Shown here piece by piece: positions 59,590-64,000 of a stretch of DNA of 64,000 nt. Under the pieces are notes generated by a model. The model had not been told where the DNA came from. It searched no databases and saw only the letters and a program-made list of their open reading frames with translations. This DNA comes from an uncultured Planctomycetia bacterium (lineage in GTDB: Bacteria > Omnitrophota > Gorgyraeia > 2-02-FULL-51-18), in assembly GCA_964606485.1 (NCBI GenBank), contig CAZSGP010000002.1, positions 74,766 to 138,765 on the forward strand. Direction: 5' to 3'. How positions within the stretch are numbered: position 1 is the first letter of the stretch; each line of letters opens with the position of its first letter. Position numbers and translations under genes: made by a program.

Positions 59590-60005
59590 GCCAGTGTCTT
59601 CCTTGTTACAAAACGTGTGCGAAATGATATTTTAGAGGCCGCTAAACGCATAGATTCTTTCGCAAGATCTTCAGGCAATCCTTCAACCTCAAAAAGAATC
59701 TTGCCTCTCTTAACTACACAAACCCAACCCTCAACCATTCCCTTCCCCTTACCCATACGAGTTTCAGCCGGCTTCTTGGTATAAGGACGATCTGGGAAAC
59801 AGCGGATAAAAACTTTGCCAAGCTTCACATTGCGCGAGATAGCTACACGCGCCGCTTCAATTTCGACGTTGGTCAACCAACCATTTTCAAGAACCTGTAA
59901 GCCGCAGTCACCGTAGCTAAGCGTATTTCCGCGATTAGCGGCGCCTTTTCTACGGCCACGCTGAAGCTTTCTGTACTTGACGCGTTTAGGAAGTAGCAGT
60001 GACAT
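59586..60005 (-). CDS. rplP: 50S ribosomal protein L16
   Basis: [33 protein letters not shown]… canonical. Confidence 0.95.
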   Translation of the reverse strand: MSLLLPKRVKYRKLQRGRRKGAANRGNTLSYGDCGLQVLENGWLTNVEIEAARVAISRNVKLGKVFIRCFPDRPYTKKPAETRMGKGKGMVEGWVCVVKRGKILFEVEGLPEDLAKESMRLAASKISFRTRFVTRKTLA

Positions 60006-60720
60006 TGTTATTCTCCAAACCTTCTACTTCCGTTACCGCGATAACTCCAGCTTCATCCTTTTTTAAACTATCATTTCGAAGGGAAGCCTTTTTCAAAATG
60101 TCTCCGCGATACACCAACACCTTGACTCCAATTTTTCCATATGTGGTCATTGATTCTGCAAAACCAAAATCAATATCTGCGCGGAGCGTGTGTAAGGGAA
60201 CCGTGCCTTCGTGGTACCCTTCTACTCGTGCAATTTCTGCGCCGGCTAAACGACCTTTAGTTTGAATCTTAATACCCTTGGCGCCGCTATCCATGCATTG
60301 CTGCATAGCTTTTTTCATAGCACGACGAAACGCAATACGTTTTTCAAGCTGCAGTGCAATGTTTTCGGCAATCAACTGAGCTTCCACGGAAGGGTTCTTA
60401 ATTTCTTTGATGTTAATGTGCACTTCTTTGTTTCCGGTCATCTTCTGAAGATCTTCTCTTAGGCGATCGATGTCCGCGCCTTTACGACCAATAATCACAC
60501 CGGGGCGCGCCGTATGTACGTTAACACGAATCTTATCGCTAGCACGTTCAACCTCAACTTTGGCAATCGCCGCTTGATTGAAAATTTTAAAAACATGCTT
60601 ACGGATTTTTAGATCCTCGTGGAGGAATCTGGCAAATTCTTTCTTAGAAGCATACCAGAGAGAGCTCCAAGTTTTGATGTAGCCGAGTCTAAACCCGATC
60701 GGATGTACTTTTTGACCCAT
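59986..60720 (-). CDS. rpsC: 30S ribosomal protein S3
   Basis: [40 protein letters not shown]… KH domain, canonical. Confidence 0.95.
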   Translation of the reverse strand: MGQKVHPIGFRLGYIKTWSSLWYASKKEFARFLHEDLKIRKHVFKIFNQAAIAKVEVERASDKIRVNVHTARPGVIIGRKGADIDRLREDLQKMTGNKEVHINIKEIKNPSVEAQLIAENIALQLEKRIAFRRAMKKAMQQCMDSGAKGIKIQTKGRLAGAEIARVEGYHEGTVPLHTLRADIDFGFAESMTTYGKIGVKVLVYRGDILKKASLRNDSLKKDEAGVIAVTEVEGLENNNVTATS

Positions 60721-61178
60721 TATTTTGCTCCCGCCAATTTTTTCTTAGCCGCAGGCTTTTCCTTTTTTACAACGATTGGCCTTGCGGGCGTTTGAGTGGC
60801 CTTTGCTTTATTTTCTTTCTTGGGCATAAGGGCCTGTTCTGATTTTTTAGCTAAATCTAACTCTAAATAAATATGGCTTGTCCGCTTTCTAATTGTCATT
60901 CCACGACCCATCGTTGCAGCGCGAAAACGCTTCATCGTGGGTCCGCCGTCAGCCATCACACAAGAAACCATTAGACTCTTAGCTGAAATTTGCGAGTTCT
61001 TTTGAGCGGAATCCAATGCCTGATTTAAGAGGTTATTGATAATGAGGCCCGCTCTCCGAGGGGATCCATTCAAAATCTGCTGAGCCTCAGCAACGCTTTT
61101 CTTACGAATAAGGTCGATGACGTAACGTACTTTACGCGGTGAAATTCTAACAAAACTTGCTTTAGCGAATGAAATCAT
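60720..61178 (-). CDS. rplV: 50S ribosomal protein L22 (with basic C-terminal extension)
   Basis: 152 aa; …[26 protein letters not shown]… canonical core plus a K/A-rich tail. Confidence 0.93.
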   Translation of the reverse strand: MISFAKASFVRISPRKVRYVIDLIRKKSVAEAQQILNGSPRRAGLIINNLLNQALDSAQKNSQISAKSLMVSCVMADGGPTMKRFRAATMGRGMTIRKRTSHIYLELDLAKKSEQALMPKKENKAKATQTPARPIVVKKEKPAAKKKLAGAK

Positions 61179-61462
61179 TACGTTAACTCCGCTGTCATCT
61201 TGGTAATGCCACCATGCTTACGGAATGTTCTGGTTGGAGAAAATTCACCAAGCTTATGCCCTACCATGTTTTCCGTAATAAAAATTGGGTTGAAAACCTT
61301 CCCGTTATGAATCATCATTGTTAATCCAACGAAATCGGGCGTCACCGTCGAGCGGCGCGACCACGTCTTGATTGGTTTGCGCTCGCGCTGTTTCTGCATC
61401 GCAACCACTTTTTTGACTAACTTCTCGTCCACAAAGGGACCCTTGCGTGTTGATCTGCCCAT
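61178..61462 (-). CDS. rpsS: 30S ribosomal protein S19
   Basis: [19 protein letters not shown]…[23 protein letters not shown] canonical. Confidence 0.95.
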   Translation of the reverse strand: MGRSTRKGPFVDEKLVKKVVAMQKQRERKPIKTWSRRSTVTPDFVGLTMMIHNGKVFNPIFITENMVGHKLGEFSPTRTFRKHGGITKMTAELT

Positions 61463-61463
61463 T

Positions 61464-62297
61464 TTATCTTGGTCTCTCGGTTACAATGTATTTAGAACTA
61501 TGTTTTTTCTTCGTGCGGGTTTTAAGACCCTTCGCTTGCTGTCCATTGCGTGAAACAGGCTGGCGACCACCGGAAGATTTTCCTTCACCACCGCCCATTG
61601 GATGATCAACGGGATTCTTAGCAACTGCACGTGAGGCAGGACGACGTCCCAACCAGCGATTGCGGCCGGCCTTGCCCTTTGAAAGATTTTCGTGATCAAT
61701 ATTTCCAATTTGACCAATAGTCGCATAGCAATCCAAATGAATCATTCTAATTTCACCTGAGGGTAGCTTGATGTTTGCAAAGTCGCCTTCTTTGGCCATT
61801 AAAATTGCATAGCCACCGGCTCCGCGCACCATCTGACCCCCACGACCCACGGCTAGTTCAATGTTATGAATCTGAGTACCCAAAGCGATCTCGCGTATCG
61901 GTAGAGCATTTCCGATTTGAATTTCAGATCCGGGTCCGCTGAAAATTTTTGCACCAATTGCAATTCCTAAGGGGGCTAGAATATACCGCTTCTCTTTATC
62001 GGTGTATTCAATTAAAGCGATACGAGCTGAGCGATTTGGATCATATTCCACCGAAATGACCTGTCCTTCAATACCGCGCTTGTCGCGCTTAAAATCAATA
62101 ATACGATAATTCTTCTTATGTCCACCGCCGCGACGACGTGAAGTCATGCGGCCATGTGAGTTGCGGCCACCCGAACGCTTCATGGGTTCTAGAAGCGATT
62201 TTTCCGGTTTCTTGTGCTTTGGCTGAATTTCAGCAAAATCTGAAACTGCTGTCCAGCGAAGCGATGGTGTAAATGATCTAAATGTTTTTATGCCCAT
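61464..62297 (-). CDS. rplB: 50S ribosomal protein L2
   Basis: 277 aa; …[17 protein letters not shown]…[35 protein letters not shown]…. Confidence 0.96.
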   Translation of the reverse strand: MGIKTFRSFTPSLRWTAVSDFAEIQPKHKKPEKSLLEPMKRSGGRNSHGRMTSRRRGGGHKKNYRIIDFKRDKRGIEGQVISVEYDPNRSARIALIEYTDKEKRYILAPLGIAIGAKIFSGPGSEIQIGNALPIREIALGTQIHNIELAVGRGGQMVRGAGGYAILMAKEGDFANIKLPSGEIRMIHLDCYATIGQIGNIDHENLSKGKAGRNRWLGRRPASRAVAKNPVDHPMGGGEGKSSGGRQPVSRNGQQAKGLKTRTKKKHSSKYIVTERPR

Positions 62298-62298
62298 T

Positions 62299-62577
62299 TT
62301 ATGCTAAATCGATCTTATGGCCCGTTTTAAGGGTTACGATCGCCTTTTTCCAATCAGGGGTCATGCCTTGCTTATAGCGAACTCTTTTGAGCTTGCCGGG
62401 CATTACCGATGTGTTAACGGTTTCAACTTTCACCTTGTAAATATCTTCCACTGCCTTTTTAATTTCAATCTTATTCGCATTTTTTCTGACCGAAAAAAGA
62501 TACTGGCTAGACACTGCTTGACGAGTTCCTTTTTCCGTACGAAGCAATGAATTAATAATTCCGTATTGAATGCTCAT
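62299..62577 (-). CDS. rplW: 50S ribosomal protein L23
   Basis: Start set at [12 protein letters not shown]… (ATG 62577, TAATG overlap with the rplD stop). The ORF-track extension to 62631 would overlap rplD by 55 bp. Confidence 0.88.
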   Translation of the reverse strand: MSIQYGIINSLLRTEKGTRQAVSSQYLFSVRKNANKIEIKKAVEDIYKVKVETVNTSVMPGKLKRVRYKQGMTPDWKKAIVTLKTGHKIDLA

Positions 62578-63314
62578 TACGACTTCAACCTCTTCACTAA
62601 ACCGGTGTACGCAGATTTGGTGATTAAGCATTCGTGGTGAGAAGCAATATCCAGCGCATTTACTTCCTGCGAGGTTTTTACCGAAACCGTTGAAATATTT
62701 CTTGAGGCTAATCTCAAATTTTCAGTTCTATTTTCTACCACGATTAACGGCTTCCTTAATTTTAGCGCTTCCAAAACACTTGAAAGACCCTGTGTCTTAG
62801 GAGTTTGCAAATTCAACTCATTGACCACAAAAATCTTTCCGGTATTCACTTTTTCCTTAAAAGTCTCGACAACAGCCTGCTGTCTCATCTGCTGAGGAAT
62901 GGCGTACGAATAATCTCTTTGCTGAGGACCAAACGTAACACCACCACCACGCCAGATTGGAGAACGCCTTGATCCATGACGCGCCTGACCAGTTCCCTTT
63001 TGCTTCCAAGGCTTTTTACCACCACCGCGAACATGTCCGCGATCCTTAGTAGCTGCAGTGCCTTCACGTTCTCCGGCGCGGTACATAACTACGGCCTGAT
63101 AAATAAGATCCGCGTGCACTTCTTCCTTTTGGAACATCGGATCAAGAGCCAAGCTCTCGACTGCCTTCCCCTTCAGATCATAAACTGAAAGGGTTGCAGA
63201 TTTTACCTCAACAGAGGCCTTCTTTGCACTAATTTTTTTTGGCTGTTTTTTTACAATAACTTTCTTAGCCTTGCTTGCTTTAGCTGTCGTTTTCTTCTTG
63301 ATCTCTTTCGCCAT
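62577..63314 (-). CDS. rplD: 50S ribosomal protein L4 with a ~38-aa lysine-rich N-terminal extension
   Basis: The conserved core starts …ATLSVYDLKGKAVESLALDPMF…YRAGEREGTAATKDRGHVRGGGKKPWKQKGTGQARHGS…, preceded by MAKEIKKKTTAKASKAKKVIVKKQPKKISAKK…. 1-nt overlap with the rplC stop. Confidence 0.9.
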   Translation of the reverse strand: MAKEIKKKTTAKASKAKKVIVKKQPKKISAKKASVEVKSATLSVYDLKGKAVESLALDPMFQKEEVHADLIYQAVVMYRAGEREGTAATKDRGHVRGGGKKPWKQKGTGQARHGSRRSPIWRGGGVTFGPQQRDYSYAIPQQMRQQAVVETFKEKVNTGKIFVVNELNLQTPKTQGLSSVLEALKLRKPLIVVENRTENLRLASRNISTVSVKTSQEVNALDIASHHECLITKSAYTGLVKRLKS

Positions 63315-64000
63315 TATTTCTTCTTTCCGGCCGCAGCGGCTTTGCTAGCCTTGAGCGGATCTTTTTTCTCTGATTTCTTGGGTGCTTGCTTGACTTTAAC
63401 GCCCTGAGGTTTTTTGAGTGAGCGGCGTATGTAAAGAAGAGCATCGCTTCCGCCGGGAACTGAGCCTTTTAGTAACAATAAATCTTTAGATGCGTCCACT
63501 CTCAAAACTTCTAAGTTTTGAATGGTTTTTGTCTCATCGCCCATACGTCCAGGCATATGATGTCCTGGCCATGTTCTTGAAGGAAACGAACTCGCTCCCG
63601 CAGAACCAATCCGGCGATGGAACATCGATCCATGTGAACCAGGACCACCTCTCCAATTCCATTTTTTCATACCGCCGGCAAATCCTTTTCCGATCGAGGT
63701 GCCCTGCACGTCAACCAGATCACCCGCTTTAAAAATATCTACTTTGATTTCTTGGCCCAATTCAAACTTTTCTTCACCAACAACAGGAACTTCTCTTAAA
63801 AACTTCTTAAGCGTGATTTTAGATTTTTCAAAAGGCGCGCGATAAGCTTTGCTAACATTTTTAGCTTTCACGTCACCCGTTCCAATTTGAACAGCCTGGT
63901 AGCCATGTTTTTCTTTGGCTTTGATTGCAGTCACCACACACGGCTTTACCTCGATGGCGGTTGCCGCGATCCACTTGCCATCTCCGGCAATATGTTGAGT
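63314..64000 (-). CDS. rplC: 50S ribosomal protein L3 (N-terminus lies beyond the window end)
   Basis: The frame stays open to the window edge (…QHIAGDGKWIAATAIEVKPCVVTAIKAKEKHGYQAVQIG…). Conserved …GFAGGMKKWNWRGGPGSHGS…. Confidence 0.9.
   Translation of the reverse strand, partial: TQHIAGDGKWIAATAIEVKPCVVTAIKAKEKHGYQAVQIGTGDVKAKNVSKAYRAPFEKSKITLKKFLREVPVVGEEKFELGQEIKVDIFKAGDLVDVQGTSIGKGFAGGMKKWNWRGGPGSHGSMFHRRIGSAGASSFPSRTWPGHHMPGRMGDETKTIQNLEVLRVDASKDLLLLKGSVPGGSDALLYIRRSLKKPQGVKVKQAPKKSEKKDPLKASKAAAAGKKK

Overview
This 64 kb window looks like a housekeeping-dense chromosomal segment from a diderm bacterium (Mla and Lol lipid/lipoprotein systems, a TonB-dependent receptor, SecY/SecG). The phylum is unassigned. 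Nearly every gene is on the minus strand, in long tightly packed arrays that often overlap by 1–11 bp.

Main blocks, read in increasing coordinates (genes transcribed right to left):
- mlaF' (partial), mlaE, a 483-aa membrane-anchored hypothetical protein, and a Firmicute-style mcsA-mcsB-clpC stress module preceded by ilvE, lolD and lolC, with no ctsR.
- lysS, then an accessory-looking island of two giant ORFs (1986 and 1417 aa) and a secreted FecR-domain protein with a Q/N/G/P-rich tail.
- A divergent SYLF lipid-binding gene (+) convergently overlapping sodC.
- truA, asd, leuB-leuD-leuC, thiG, glgC, an Opp/Dpp-type ABC importer, and secG-tpiA-pgk-gap behind a consensus sigma70 promoter.
- A GT-C/TPR membrane glycosyltransferase, a TonB-like protein, and a TonB-dependent receptor preceded by a cobalamin riboswitch with a terminator-type expression platform.
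- A methyltransferase, a GT2, lipA, an IDH-family dehydrogenase and an aminotransferase.
- A full S10-spc-alpha ribosomal protein array, L3 through L17, that includes a GTG-start rpmJ absent from the ORF track.

The most unusual content is the giant-protein island. The 1417-aa ORF carries three in-frame palindromic miniature elements with shared gtcatt…aatgac termini. One is a 58-bp double hairpin, one a 75-bp nested palindrome, and one a partial direct copy of the second. These elements look like RPE-type insertions. Both giant proteins appear to share an N-terminal Tiki/TraB/GumN-like region, judged only by motif inspection. A GC-rich structured intergenic element between asd and truA is also noted. 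Several ribosomal and Sec proteins carry unusual low-complexity extensions.
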